This document shows, in pieces, positions 9,101 to 21,404 of a stretch of 64,000 bases of DNA. Source of the DNA: Cetorhinus maximus (Eukaryota); NCBI RefSeq assembly GCF_964194155.1, contig NC_135903.1, positions 34,100,001 through 34,164,000 on the forward strand. Reading direction: 5' to 3'. Below the pieces are notes generated by a model. It ran no database searches and was not told the origin of the DNA. It saw only the letters and a list, made by a program, of their open reading frames with translations. Made by a program: the position numbers and the translations under genes. Within the stretch, counting starts at the first letter, position 1. Every line of letters starts with the position of its first letter.

Positions 9101-10318
9101 GTATTCAGCTTGGATCCTCACTGTACTAAGAGCCTAATATTTAACATAAGGCTTCTTTTTCTGTTTTGTTTTAATCTCTACTTCTTTTGGCTATCGGGTC
9201 ATCAACCTTTGGATGTCCTTCCCTTCTGCTGCATTGAAAGGAGTCCAGTGTGCAACCATAAGATCCCCACTTATAAAGAGCCTCAATTGCTCCTTTTCTC
9301 TTGACTTAGTAGCCTTATGGAGGAGATGGTGGCTGAGTGGTACTTTCAATTGGTTTAATAAATCATAGCTCAGGATAATGCTCTGGGGACATGAGTTCAA
9401 ACCCCACCATAGAGGTGGTGGGATTTTAATTCAATCAATAAATGTGGAATACAACACGAGCCTCAGTAATGTTGACCGTGTAATGATCATTGATCATTGT
9501 AAAAGCCCTTCTGATTCACTGATGCCCTTTAAGAAAGGAAACCTGCTATCTATTCCTGGCCTGACTGACATGTCGCACTTGGCACATGTTCGACTTTCCA
9601 CTGTCCTTTGAAATATTAAGTTCAAGGGAAATTAGGGATTGGCATCAAATGCTGGCTTTGCCAATGATGCCCACATCCCATGAAAGAATAAAGGAAAAAA
9701 GAATCTTTGATTCAAAAACACCTGAGCCAGATCCCCTTTAAACTCACTAAAATTAATCTTCTCTCTTTTAAACATTTTTAGCTTGATTTGTCTTTTGTTC
9801 TTTAACATAATCTGTTCTAAAACGAAAGGAGAACATGTCCTCTCTAATGTCATTCTCTACATTTTACACAGGCACAGGACAGGATCCAGATTGTCCATCA
9901 AACCCTGTGTCATATCAGCAAGATCTACAGCATGAACCTGGGTTCAGTTGCATGGGCCCGGGACGAGGTGGAGAATTTCCGGATTCTCCTGGATCGGCAG
10001 CTCAGCGAGCTGGAAGAATGTGTTAGGAAACCAGGATCAGAGCACAAGATGAGGAGAAACTTCGCCATTCACAATTACTTTAGGAAACTGGAAAAGTTTC
10101 TCAAGCAGGAGGTGGGTCAATTGATAATTGACAGTGTGGTTGCTGGCATGTAGTTCATTTCACCACATTGAAATCTGTTCATTCTCTAATCAATTTCCCT
10201 GAATGATTTTCTTTTTCAGAAATTCAGTGACTGTGCCTGGGAAATAATCCGCACTGAGACCAGAGCCCGTTTACAACAGCTCCTTTTCATCATAGCACAA
10301 ATCAGCAGAAGAAACTGA
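6200..10318 (+). CDS. Type I interferon, subtype A copy 1 (4 exons, 186 aa)
   Basis: Exons 6200-6331, 6508-6597, 9872-10111, 10220-10318, all GT-AG and phase 0. MALASIWRFW...G/CDRLQ; GGPFPRHC; LEEC; YFRKL; SDCAWEIIR. Has an extra Cys (TLCH). Confidence 0.93.
7395..7959. repeat. Inverted repeat (arms ~7395-7589 and ~7765-7959) in IFN-A1 intron 2
   Basis: gaccgattgggccgaatggcctgtttctgtgccacatttcctatcaactgcc...cccaaacttgattgagttatgtgataatgtagccgagagtgttgat is the reverse complement of the right arm with few mismatches. Confidence 0.85.
8540..9250 (-). mobile_element. CR1 ORF2 fragment in intron 2 of subtype A genes
   Basis: AMAEELNQFLEFVFT...GKSPGLDGIQLRLL is typical of CR1 ORF2; paralogs at about 35530-36230 and 51640-52340. 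Confidence 0.8.
9322..9700 (+). mobile_element. tRNA-derived SINE with LINE-like 3' tail
   Basis: A box TGGCTGAGTGG, B box GAGTTCAAACC, tail ...gccaatgatgcccacatcccatgaaagaataaagg; paralogs at about 36310-36680, 42958-43330, 52417-52790. Confidence 0.65.
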
Positions 10319-10850
10319 AAAATACATGTTTATTACAAACTGGGAGCAATGAATATTTATTTTAAAGACTTTCAATTTAAAGCTATTTCCATATATATTT
10401 GTAACAAATTTTATAGTTTATTGTACTGATCACAGAAGAATGAGTGACATGATGGGATTATTTATCTCATTTATTTATTTATTGATATTTTTTGCTATGA
10501 TATTTTCCCCTGATGTAATCCTAACACTTCCGTGGATGGGGTGTCTGCTCTGGAATTTACTGTCAGGCTTTCAAGATATGGGTTTTCAGACCTATAAACC
10601 CTGGGCCGCACTGACCTTTCCATTTCTCCTCTCCTAAGTGGCCAACTTTTCAATCTATTTCAGCCACTGTAATTTATTGATCTTTATTGTTGTGATGTCT
10701 TCATGTAATGAAATGTTACATGTTATTTAATGTGTAATGTGAATTTTTAGTGATAATTTATTTATTGATATTTATTAAGAGTTGGCGAACAGGCAATGTT
10801 TTTGTAACTGGAAAATTTTATACACAATGAGAGCCTTTACTGCAAATAAA
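10319..10850 (+). other. AU-rich 3' UTR with ATTTA clusters and polyadenylation signal
   Basis: Overlapping TTATTTAT motifs (e.g. ~10458-10485, ~10755-10775) and AATAAA 10845-10850. Homologous AATAAA at 28336, 37834, 44471, 53936, 61700. Confidence 0.7.
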
Positions 10851-13800
10851 TTATTTTCAATATTACGCATTAACTGAAATGATGTTCATTTTTCAGTTGT
10901 GTCGATTGGTTTTCCATACTCAGCTCCGGGTTCTACTAACTGCTGCCTCTTCCGGTCAGTCCTTTCCTTTTCTCCTCTCCTTTCTCCACAATCGGATTTT
11001 CCCTCACCCGTTGGAACTCTGAACCTATTGTGAACCGAACTGCCCTGATTTATCATCTTTTACGCCTCTGCTTCTCAACGCCACATTCCAGCTCCAAAGG
11101 AGAGAGGACTGAGCGTGATGTTCAGGACAGACAAGTGGAAAATGGAGGCATTAATTGGAAATGGACAGATGGAGAAATGGAATGGGTGGGATTAGAAGAT
11201 GACTGGAGTGTCAGCATCTGTGAATATATGGGGACATCAGACAATGGGGTTGAGAGTGACATCAGTCATTGAGTAGGAAGGAGAATGAGTGGAGGGTGGG
11301 GATGAAAATCTCTTATTTCGCATGGTGGTTTACACATTCTGAAAATCTGTATGATAAACACTGTCTGCATTACATGAGAAGAGAAAAAAAAGGAGCTGGA
11401 GTTGGCCATTTGTCCCCTCAAGCCTGTTCCACCATTCAATAAGATTCCGACTGATTTGATTGTGGCCTTAAATCCACTTGTCTACCAGCCACTTATAACC
11501 TTTGACTCCTTTGTTGATCAAATTCTAACGCAGACTTGGATATATTCAATGACATGACCTCTACTGTTCTCTGGGGTGAAGAATTTCAAAGATTAATGAC
11601 ACTCGGTGCAAAAGAAATCCTCCTCATCTCCATCTCACATGCAGTTGCCGTGCTTTGAATCTGTGACCCCCAACCACCGTTCCTGATTCCTCCAGAGAGG
11701 AAACACCTCAACATCTACCCGGTCAAATCTCCTCACAATCTTAAATGATTCAATGACATCACCTCTAATTCCTCTAAACTCGAAGGAGTATCGGCCCAAC
11801 CTGGTCAAGATTGCTTCATTAACCAACTGCTCCTTCCAGGAATCAACCTGGTGAACCCTTTCTGAATTGCCTCCAATGCAAGTTAATCCCTGTTTATTTA
11901 AGGAGTCCAAAGCTGTACATAGTACTCCAGGTCTGGTCTCACAAATGGCCTGTAGAGTTGAAGCAAAACTTCCCTACTTGTATTCTTCATCCTCTTTGCA
12001 ATAAAGGACAACATACCATTTACCTTTCCAATTGCTTGCCTTACCAGCTAGCTAAATTTTCATTGCTCACTTACAATGACACCCAGATCCCTTTACACTG
12101 CAAGGTTCTGCAGTGTTTTTCCATTTAAACAACATTCTGATTTTCTGTTCCGTGTTATACAATTTATAAAGTGAGTATTTAACGAAAACTTATCCAATGA
12201 TATTTAAACAAAGGCTAACTTTTATCCCACATGACAGCAGTCACTATACACCTAAAGTACTTTATAAGCTGTGGAGTGCTTTGAGATGCCTGTAGACAGG
12301 AGGGGCACTATGTGAACGCAAGTCTGTTTTGAAAAGAAATCAGAGAGAAAGCTGGTTCCACACACAAAACTGACCACATCCCAGGGTGAATTAATAAGTA
12401 GTGCAATTGTTTCCAGGCCTTCCAAAGAGCCCCAAAGATAAACTTGGTCATTTGGGATTGAGGACTGTAACAGACATGTGTTAAAGGGTTTGCAATGCAG
12501 ATTTTTTTAATTTACAAAGACAATAACTATTGCATTCCAATATAACCAGAAAATGGGCCTGTCTTCTTTTCAAGTAAGTTTCAGCATTTGAAAAGTATGT
12601 TACACACAGCAGGTGGATTGATACTGTTGTTAAAATCCTGAAGTTTTGGAATGAACACATTTTCTGTGTATTAATAGAATTGCACCCTTTAACATGCTTA
12701 AATATGTAAATGAATATTTCAAGACAGTTTTACAAATTCCATTTTAAAATCTTGCCCAATTGTGCTGGTTCATGGTAGATGTCAGGTTTGGTGATTGGCG
12801 CATGCGTTTGAGTGGGAAGTCTAGGAAAAGAATCCCAGTTTTGCTGGGGGGATGGTGTGGGTGGGGGGTCAGACAGGGTGAAAAGTGCAGATGAACCAAC
12901 CCAATTTCTAACATCATTAATTTCTACAAAACAGAAAACAGACCCCAAAAGTGGTGTCAAGATGTGGACGTCAGGAAGTCTACAACCCTCCCACCAACTT
13001 CAATATTCAATGCCCACCACCGACGCACAATGGGATCAGTGTGTACCATGTACGTGGTGAACTGCAGGAACTCACCAAAGCCCCTTCAACACCGCTTCCC
13101 AAACTCATGACTTCTACCACACAGAAGAAAAAGCGTAGCAGACGCAAGGGAGCAGAACCAACCTTTGGTTCCCATTCAAGATACACAGCATCCTGCCTTA
13201 AGAACATAAGAACATAAAAACTAGAAGCAGGAGTAGGCAATTAAGCCCCTCGAGCCTTCCCCGCCATTCAATACAGTCATGGCTGATCGTATTTCGGCCT
13301 CAATTCCAATTTCCCACCCTCTCCCCAAAACGTTTCAACCAGAAACTAATTAAAGATCTGTCTATCTCCTCCTTAAATCTATTCAGCGTCCCAGCATCCA
13401 CTGCATTCTGAGGTAATTAATTCCACAGATTCATGACCTTTGAGAAAAGTAATTCCTCCTTATCTCTGATTTAAAACTACCACCCCTTAGCCTAAAGCTA
13501 TGGCCTCTTGTTCTAGAATGCCCCACAAGGAGAAACCGCCACTCCATGTCTATTTTGTCTATCCCCTTTAGCATCTTATATACCTCAATTAGATATCCTC
13601 TCATCCTTCTAAACTCTAGCGAGTATAGGCCTAAACTGTCCAATCCCTCCTCATAATACAAGCCCCACATCTCTGGAATCAATCTAGTGAACCTACTCTG
13701 AACTGCCTCCAGTGCAACTACATCTTCCTCAAGTAAGGAGACCAAAATTGTGCACAGTACTCCAGGTGCGGGCTCACCAATGCATTTTACAGTTGCAACA

Positions 13801-14342
13801 ACACTTCCCTATTTTTATACTCTATTCCTTTAGCAATAAATGCCAAAATTCCATTTGCCTTCTGTATTATCTGCTTTACCTGTTTGCTAGCTTTCAGCGA
13901 TTCATGCACGAGGACACCCAGATCCCTCTGCACTGAAGCATTCTGAAGTTTCTCTCCATTTAAATACTAAGTCACCTTTTTATTCTTCTGACCAAGCTGG
14001 TTAACTTCACACTTATCCATGTTAAACTCCATCTGCCAAATTTTGGCCCATTCACCTATCTTGTCTATATCTATTTGTAAATTTCTTATTTCTTCACAAC
14101 AACTTATTTTCCCACCTATTTTGGTGTCATCTGCAAAGTTAGCTATGGTACCTTCTATCCCTGAATCAAAGTCAGTATTATAGATTGTAAATAGTTGGGG
14201 CCCAAGGACCGAACCCTCTGGCACCCCACTAGTTACAGCTTGCCATCCAGAAAAAGACCCATGTATACCAATTCTCTGCTTTCTGTTGTTTAGACAATCC
14301 TCTATCCAAGCTCATATATTACCCCTAACTCCGTGTGATCTT

Positions 14343-14495
14343 AAGACCATAAGACCATAAGACATAGGAGCAGAAATTAGGCCATTCGGCCCATCAAGTC
14401 TGCTCCGCCATTCCATCATGGCTGATAAGTTTCTCAAGCCCATTCTCCCGCGTTCTCCCCGTAACCTTTGATCCCCTTACCAATCAAGAACCTAT
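14343..14495 (-). mobile_element. Short 5'-truncated CR1 3' end nested in the larger CR1
   Basis: (aagaccat)n tail followed by a CR1 3' UTR; the host sequence resumes at ~14496. Confidence 0.7.
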
Positions 14496-14545
14496 CTTAT
14501 CTTGTGTATTAACCTTTTGTGCGGCACCTTATCAAAGGTCTTCTT

Positions 14546-15137
14546 TGGAATCTTCTCCCAAAACGACACTTTCTCGCAGACGCCTTCGCTTCACGTTCAG
14601 GGTTTCGAACTCCTTCCGATATTCCTCTCCCCTGGGTCGCCACATGCATTCAAACTGTCTTCTGTGCACTCTCTATCACCGACTCAGCCGTCAACAGTGC
14701 ACACTGCTTCAAATGCCCATAGCAAAGACTTACAGCCCTTCAACCGTCTCTTTCGGCCGTCTTGTCTCTTGCAAGCTGTTTTTGACCCTGAAGTTAATCC
14801 AGGCTTGACTGCAACCATTTTACCTGAACTCCAATTCCAGAGTGGGAAAAGCTCCCTGCTTCACTGGACTCAAAGGTACATGAACTGCTAACTATTCTGC
14901 TTGTTTTAATATGTGTAGAAGTGCACAAATGTCTTTAATTGTATCTTTCTTGGGCATGTGTTGTGTGATTGATGTTGCAATACATCTTTCTGAGGTTTAT
15001 GTGTGTGTACGAATAAATAATGCTTCTTGTTTACATCCATGAAAGTCTGCTGCTGGTGGCTTAAATTGACCGCACACTAATGGGAAAGGGGTATGGGGGT
15101 TTCAGTCTCTCCCACTCTCTCTTCTCAGTCTGTAACA
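14546..15137 (+). mobile_element. Possible LTR fragment (3' part)
   Basis: Non-LINE insert with AATAAA at ~15012 ending in TGTAACA at 15137, a terminus typical of vertebrate LTRs; no 5' TG end or TSD identified. Confidence 0.4.
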
Positions 15138-15567
15138 AGATGAATTTAGGTAATGTTTTGAAAGATGAGAGAGAAGTACAAAATTGTAGGCACTTAGTGG
15201 ACAGATTGGGCTAAATGACCTGTTTCTGTGCCATATGCCCCACGTAGGGGAGGTATTACTTGAACTGCTGCCTTCAGGGACCTGTGTACTTGTACGTCAA
15301 GATCTCTCACTTCATCTACCCCTCTTAGTATATTCCCATTTATTGTGTAATCCCTGTAACTGTTTGACCTCCCTAAATGTGGTATTGTCACTGGACTAGT
15401 AATCTAGAGACCCAGGGTAATGCTGGGCAGAAGGTGGAATTTGAATTCAATACAAATCCGGAATTAAATGTCTAATGATGACCATGAAACCATTGTCGAC
15501 TAATGTTCTTGTGGGAAGGAAATCTGCTTTACCTGGTTAGGCCTACATGCGATTCCAGACCCACAGG

Positions 15568-16777
15568 AACCATCATGTGGAAAGGCATGGACTAGTCAGG
15601 GATTGTCAGCATGGAATTGTTAAAGGAAGGTCTTGCCTCACAAATTTGATTGGATTCTTTGAGGAAGTGACAAGAAGGACTGATGAAGGTAGTGCACTGG
15701 ATGTTGCGTACATGGATTTTAGCAAGGCATTTGACAAGGTCCCACATGCCAGGTTGGTGAGGAAAGTAAAAGCCCATGGGATTCAGGGTAATATGGCAAA
15801 ATGGAAAAAAGGTTGGCTTTGTAACAGGAAACAAAGGTAATGGTCGATGGATGCCCTTACGAATGGAAAGATGTGTTAAGTGGTGTTCCACATGACTCGG
15901 TGTTGGGACCCTTGCTGTTTGTGTTATATATTAACGATTTGGACTTGAATGTGGGGGGCACGATTAGGAAATTTGCAGATGACACAAAGATTGGCTGAGT
16001 AGTGGATGTGTAGAGGATAGCCATAATCTCCAAAATGATATAGATGGGTTGGTGGAGTTGGCGGTAAAGTGGCAGATGGATTTTAACATAGAGAAGTGTG
16101 AGCTCATACATTTAGGGAGGACAAGGTTGTAAAGAAGGCATATGGAATGCTCTCCTTCACTGGCAGAGATATAGAATATAAAAGTAAGGATATGATGTTG
16201 TAATTGTATAAAACACTGGTGAGGCCACAACTGGAGTATTGTGTGCAGTTTTGGCTACCACATTACAGGAAGGACATAATAGCTCTGGAGAGAATGCAGA
16301 GGAGGTTTACAAGAATGTTGCCAGTGTTAGAAAAGTTTAGCTATGAGGAGAGATTGGATAGGTTAGGGTTATTTTCCTTAGAATAAAGAAGGCTGAGAGG
16401 TGACTTGATTGAGGTGTACAAAATTATGAGGGGAATAGATAAAATGGACAGGATAAAATTGTTTCTCTTGATGGAGAATTCTAGAAACAGGGGACATAGA
16501 TTCAAGATAAGTGGCAGAAGGTGTAGGGGATCATGAGGAAGATCCTTTTTTCCGCAGAAGGTAGTGGGTGTCTGGAATTCGCTGCCCAAGTTGGTGGTAG
16601 AGGCAGAAACTTTTAACTCTTTTAAAAAGTACCTGAAAGTGCTGTAAGCTGCAAGGCTATGGGCCGAGTGCAGGATGGTGGGATTAGAAAGGGCACCTGG
16701 GTGTCCTCGGGCTGGCATGGACAAGATGGACCGAATGGCCTCCTTCTGTGCTGTAACTTTTCTATGGTTCTATGGTC
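15568..16777 (+). mobile_element. CR1 LINE 3' half (RT + 3' UTR), copy 1
   Basis: [44 protein letters not shown]; tail ctatggttctatgg. Confidence 0.9.
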
Positions 16778-19676
16778 CTGGAAGTCCAGATGTACTACAT
16801 CTACAGGATCCCCATTATCCACTTTGCTTGTCACATCTTCAAAGAACCCATTACTACTTCCTTAATAATGGATTCCAACAATTTCCCAATGACAGACGTT
16901 AAACTAATTGGTTTATAGTTTTCTGCTTTCTGCCTCCCTCCCTTTTTGAATAATGGCATTATATTAGCATTTTTCCAATCCATTGGATTCTTTGCAGAAT
17001 CCAGGGAATTTTGGAATATTATTAACAATGCATGCACTATATCCATTGCCACTTTCTTTAAGACCCTGGGATGTAGGCCATCAGGTCCTGGGGGCTTGTC
17101 ACCCTTTAATCCCAATAGTTTTCACAGTACTTTTTCTCTTGTGATGGTGATTGTTCTAAGTTCCTCCTTCTCTATACCCTCTGCTCTTCTTGTTACTATT
17201 GGGGTGGTGCTAGTGTTCTCCACTGTGAAAATTGAGGCAAAATGTTGATTAAGCGTCTCTGCCATTTCTGTGTTCCCCACTATTAACTCCCCAGTCTCAT
17301 CCTCCAATGGACCAACGTACACTTTAGCTACACTCTTTCCTTTTTTATACTTGTAGAAGCTTTTGCTATCAATTTTTACATTTTGCGCTAGATTTCTTTC
17401 ATAATTTACCTTTGCTTGTTTTATTGTTTTTTTAGTAACGCTTTGTTGATCTTTAAAAGTTTCGCAATCTTCCAGCCTGCCACTGACCTTTGCAATTTAG
17501 TATGCCTTAGTTTTTGCCTTTATGTTACCTTTAATTTCCTTGCTTAGCCATGGATGCTTTTTCCCCCTCTTACCATCTTTCTTCCTCTTTAGAATATATT
17601 TTACTTGGGAGGAATTGAATATCCCCTTAAATATCTGCCATTGCTCATCATGGCAGATTGGTCAGGAAAGTAAAAGCCCATGGGATTCAGGGTAAAACTG
17701 GATAAAAGGTTGGCTTTGTAACAGGAAAGAAACGGTAATGGTCGATAGATGTCCTTGCAAATGGAAAGTTGTCTCAAGTGGTGTTCCACAGGGCTTGTTG
17801 TTGGGACCCTTGCTGTTTGTGTTATATATTAATGATTTGGATGTGAACATAGGGGTCATGATTGGGAAATTTGCAGATGACACAAAGATTGAGTAGTGGA
17901 TAGTGTAGAGGATAGCCATAATCTCCAAAACGATATAGATGGGTTGGTGGAGTGGTTGGTAAAGTGGCAGATGGATTTTAACATAGAGAAGTGTGAGCTC
18001 ATACATTTAGAGAGGTCAAACAGTTACAGAGATTACACAATAAAAGGGAATATACTAAGAGGGGTAGATGAAGTGAGAGATGTTGGCGTGCAAGTACACA
18101 GGTCCCGGAAGGCAGCAGTTCAAGTAAACAAGGTTGTAAAGAAGGCATATGGAATGCTCTCCTTCAATGGCAGAGGTATAGAATATACAAGTAAGGATAT
18201 GATGTTGGAATTGCATAAAACACTGGTGAGACCACAACTGGAGTATTGTGTGCAGTTCTCATCACCACATTACAGGAAGGACGTAATAGCTCTGGAGAGA
18301 GTGCAGAGGAGGTTTACAAGAATGTTGCCTGTGTTAGAAATGTGTAGCTATAAAGAGAGATTGAATAGGTTAAGGCTATTTTCCCTGAGAACAAAGAAGG
18401 CTGAGAGGTGACTTGATTGAGGTGTACAAAATTATGAGGGGAATAGATAGATGGACAGGATAAAATTGTTTCCCTTGATGGAGAATTCTAGAACCAGGGG
18501 ACATAGATTCAAGATAAGTGGCAGAAGGTGTAGGGGGGACATGAGGAAGAATTTTTTATGCAGAGGGTAGTGGGTGTCTGGAATTCACTGCCCAACTTGG
18601 TGGTGGAGGCAGAAACTTTAAACTCTTTTAAAAAGTACCTGGATCTGCACCTAAAATGCTGTAAGGTGCAAGACTATGGGCCGAGTGCAGGAACGTGGGA
18701 TTAGAAAGGGTACCTGGGAGTCCCTGGGCTGGCATGGACAAGTTGGGCCGAATGGCCTCCTTCTGTGCTGTAACTTTTCTATGGTTCTACGGATCTGGAA
18801 GTCCAGAAGTACTACAGATACAGGATCCCCATTGTCCACTTTGCTTGTCACATCTTCAAAGAACTCATTACTACTTCCTTACTAATGGATTTCAACAATT
18901 TCCCAATGACAGACATTAAACTAACTGCTTTATAATTTTCTACTTTCTGCCTCCCCCCCCCCCCCCACCTTTTTGAATAAGGGCATTATATTAGCATTTT
19001 TCCAATCCACTGGAATCTTTCCAGAATCCAGGGAATTTTGGAATATTATTACCAATGCACCCACTATCTCCATTTCCACTTCCTTTAACACCCTGTGATG
19101 TAGGCCATCAGGTCCTGGGGGCTTGTCACCCTTTAATCCCAATAGTTTTCTCAGTGCTTTTTCTCGAGAGATGGTGATGGTTCTAAGGTCCTCCATTTCT
19201 ATACCCTCTGCACTACTTATTATTGGGGTGGTGCTAGTGTCCTCCACCATGAAAACTGAGGCAAAATATTGATTAAGCGTCTCTGCCATTTCTGCGTTCC
19301 CCCCTATTAACTCCCCAGTCTCATCCTCCAAGGGACCAACATTCAGTTTAGCTACTCTCTTTCCTTTTATATAATTGTAGAAGCTTTTGCTATCAGTTTT
19401 TACATTTTGCGCTAGTTTTCTTTCATAATTTACCTTTGCACGTTTTTTAATCATTTTTTAGTAACGCTTTGTTGATCTTTAAAAGTTTCCCAATCTTCCA
19501 GCCTGCCACTGACCTTTGCAATTTTGTATGCCTTAGATTTTACCCTTATGTTACTTTTAACTTCCTTGCTTAGCCATGGATGCTTTTTCCCCCTCTTACC
19601 ATCTTCCTTCCTCAATAGAATATATTTTCCTTGGGAGGTATTGAATATCCCCTTAAATATCTGCCATTGTTCATCA
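15748..19676. repeat. ~2 kb tandem duplication (15748-17650 / 17655-19676)
   Basis: Both units run from ...ttggt.aggaaagtaaaagcccatggg through the CR1(+) tail into the CR1(-) ORF2 and end at ...ctgccattg.tcatca. Confidence 0.85.
17652..18793 (+). mobile_element. CR1 LINE 3' part, copy 2
   Basis: ORF 17896-18411 ([23 protein letters not shown]); near-duplicate of 15748-16777. Confidence 0.9.
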
Positions 19677-19682
19677 ACTGTC

Positions 19683-20970
19683 CTACCTTGTATTCTTCCT
19701 GCCCCAGTCCACTAGGCCCAAAACTGCTCTCATGCCTATGTAGTTCCCTTTGTTAAACTCCAGAACACTAGTGTGGGACTCAGGTTTCTTGCTCTCAAAC
19801 TGAACTTGAAATTCTAGCATGCTATGATCACTCTTCCCTAGAGGATCCTTTACTCGGAGATCATTAATTAATCCCATCTCATTACACAAAACAAAATCCA
19901 TAACAGCCTGCTGCCTGGTTGGTTCCACAACATATTGCTCCAAGGAACAATCTCTAATACACTCTATGAACTCTCCCTTGAGGCTACCCTTGCCAATTTG
20001 ATTAGTCCAGTCCATATGCATGTTAAAATCACCCAGGATTATTGCCGTGCCTTTCTTACATGCTCCCACTATTTCCTGGTTTATACTGTGCCCTACTGCT
20101 GAACTATTGTTTGGGGACCTATAGATTACTCCCACCAGGGACTTTTTTCCCTTGCAATTTCTTATTTCTACCCAGACTGACTCTATGTCTTGCTCTCCAG
20201 TGCCTATATCATTCCTCACTATAGTACTGATCTCTTCATTTACTAACAAATCTACACCACCTCCTTTTTGGTAACAATCAGCCCCATCACTAATCTGCAC
20301 TCTTACCCTCTCCTTAAACTTTGATTGTTTATATTTCCATGCAACTGAACCCTCCTCCCAACTATTTAGTTTAAAGCCCTATCTACAGCCCTAGTTCTGC
20401 GATTCACCAAGACACTGGTCCCAGCCTGATTCAAGCGAAGCCGATCTGAATGAAATAGCTCCCTCTTTCCCCAGTATTGGTGCCAATGTCCCATGAATTC
20501 GAACCCATTTTTCCCACACCAATCTTTGAGCCATGCATTTATCTCCATAATCTTATTGGCCCTGTGCCAATTAGCTCGTGGCTCAGGTAGTAATCGGGAG
20601 ATTGTTATCTTTTTGGTTCTGCTTTTTAATTTATCCCCCAGCTGCTCGTATTCCCTCAGCAGAACCTCTTTCCTAATTCTACCTATATCATTAGTACCTA
20701 CGAGGACCACCACAACTGGATATTTCCCCTCCCACTCAAGTTCCTCTGCAACCTAGATGAGATATCCTTAACCCTGGTACCAGGTAGGCAACACAGCCTT
20801 AGGGACTCTTGATCCTGGATACAGAGAACAGTATCTATTCCCCTGCCTATACTATCACGGATTACAACTACATTTCTCTTTTCTCCCCCAACTTGAATGG
20901 CTCTCTGTACCATGGTGCTATGGGAGCTCATCCTCCCGACAGTCCCCGCTCTCGGCCACACAGGGGGCAA
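19683..20970 (-). pseudogene. CR1 ORF1 (SGNH esterase) and ORF2 endonuclease remnants
   Basis: VVVIRDSIGR, CCLPG, VVLVGTNDIG, NAWLKDWC, DRLRLN (esterase); GGGVDLLV, GVIYRSP, GDFN, SDH (APE endonuclease); frameshifted. Confidence 0.85.
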
Positions 20971-21404
20971 GAATCTAGAACCTGTTGGATAAGGGCAAGG
21001 GTTGAGGCTCCTGCAGTGCTACTTCCTGGATCCCTCTACCTGCCTCACCCATACTTGGGCTCAAGTCTTGGGCTCAGAACTATGTCCTCATTCCTTCACT
21101 GTTACTGGCTAAAACTCCTGGAAACACCCCTGTACATTTAGCTACACCACATGGTCGGCAGTGGTTCAAGGAGAGGGTTCTTCACCACCTTCTGAGGGGT
21201 AATTAGGGAGGAGAAACAAATTCTGGCCTTGCCAGTGACGCCCACATCCGATCAGGGAATAAATGAAGCCGAATACTTCAAAAGTACCTGTGAATGAGCC
21301 TAATATTTTTGTATGGTAAAGATGGACACGCTCCTGTAGGTCCGTCCTTTTCCAACTGCCCATCACCCCTCTCAGTCTGATCCACCCTCTTTACAAACTC
21401 TCCT

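Larger units (their letters stand above)
13200..21070 (-). mobile_element. Near full-length CR1 LINE interrupted by nested insertions and a partial tandem duplication
   Basis: 3' tail (aagaacat)n at 13200; RT 13431-14545 (PEGSVLGPQLF, FADDTK), resuming at 16778/18795 (DVVHLDFQ); linker 18930-19680; APE endonuclease 19683-20300 (GVIYRSP, ILGDFN, SDH); SGNH esterase ORF1 20366-20970 (VGTNDIG). Confidence 0.85.

Noticed and set aside
6200-10318. Alternative call as type III IFN or IL-10 family cytokine
   Set aside because: CAWE motif, YF..L helix motif and the mature-C1 four-cysteine pattern fit type I IFN.
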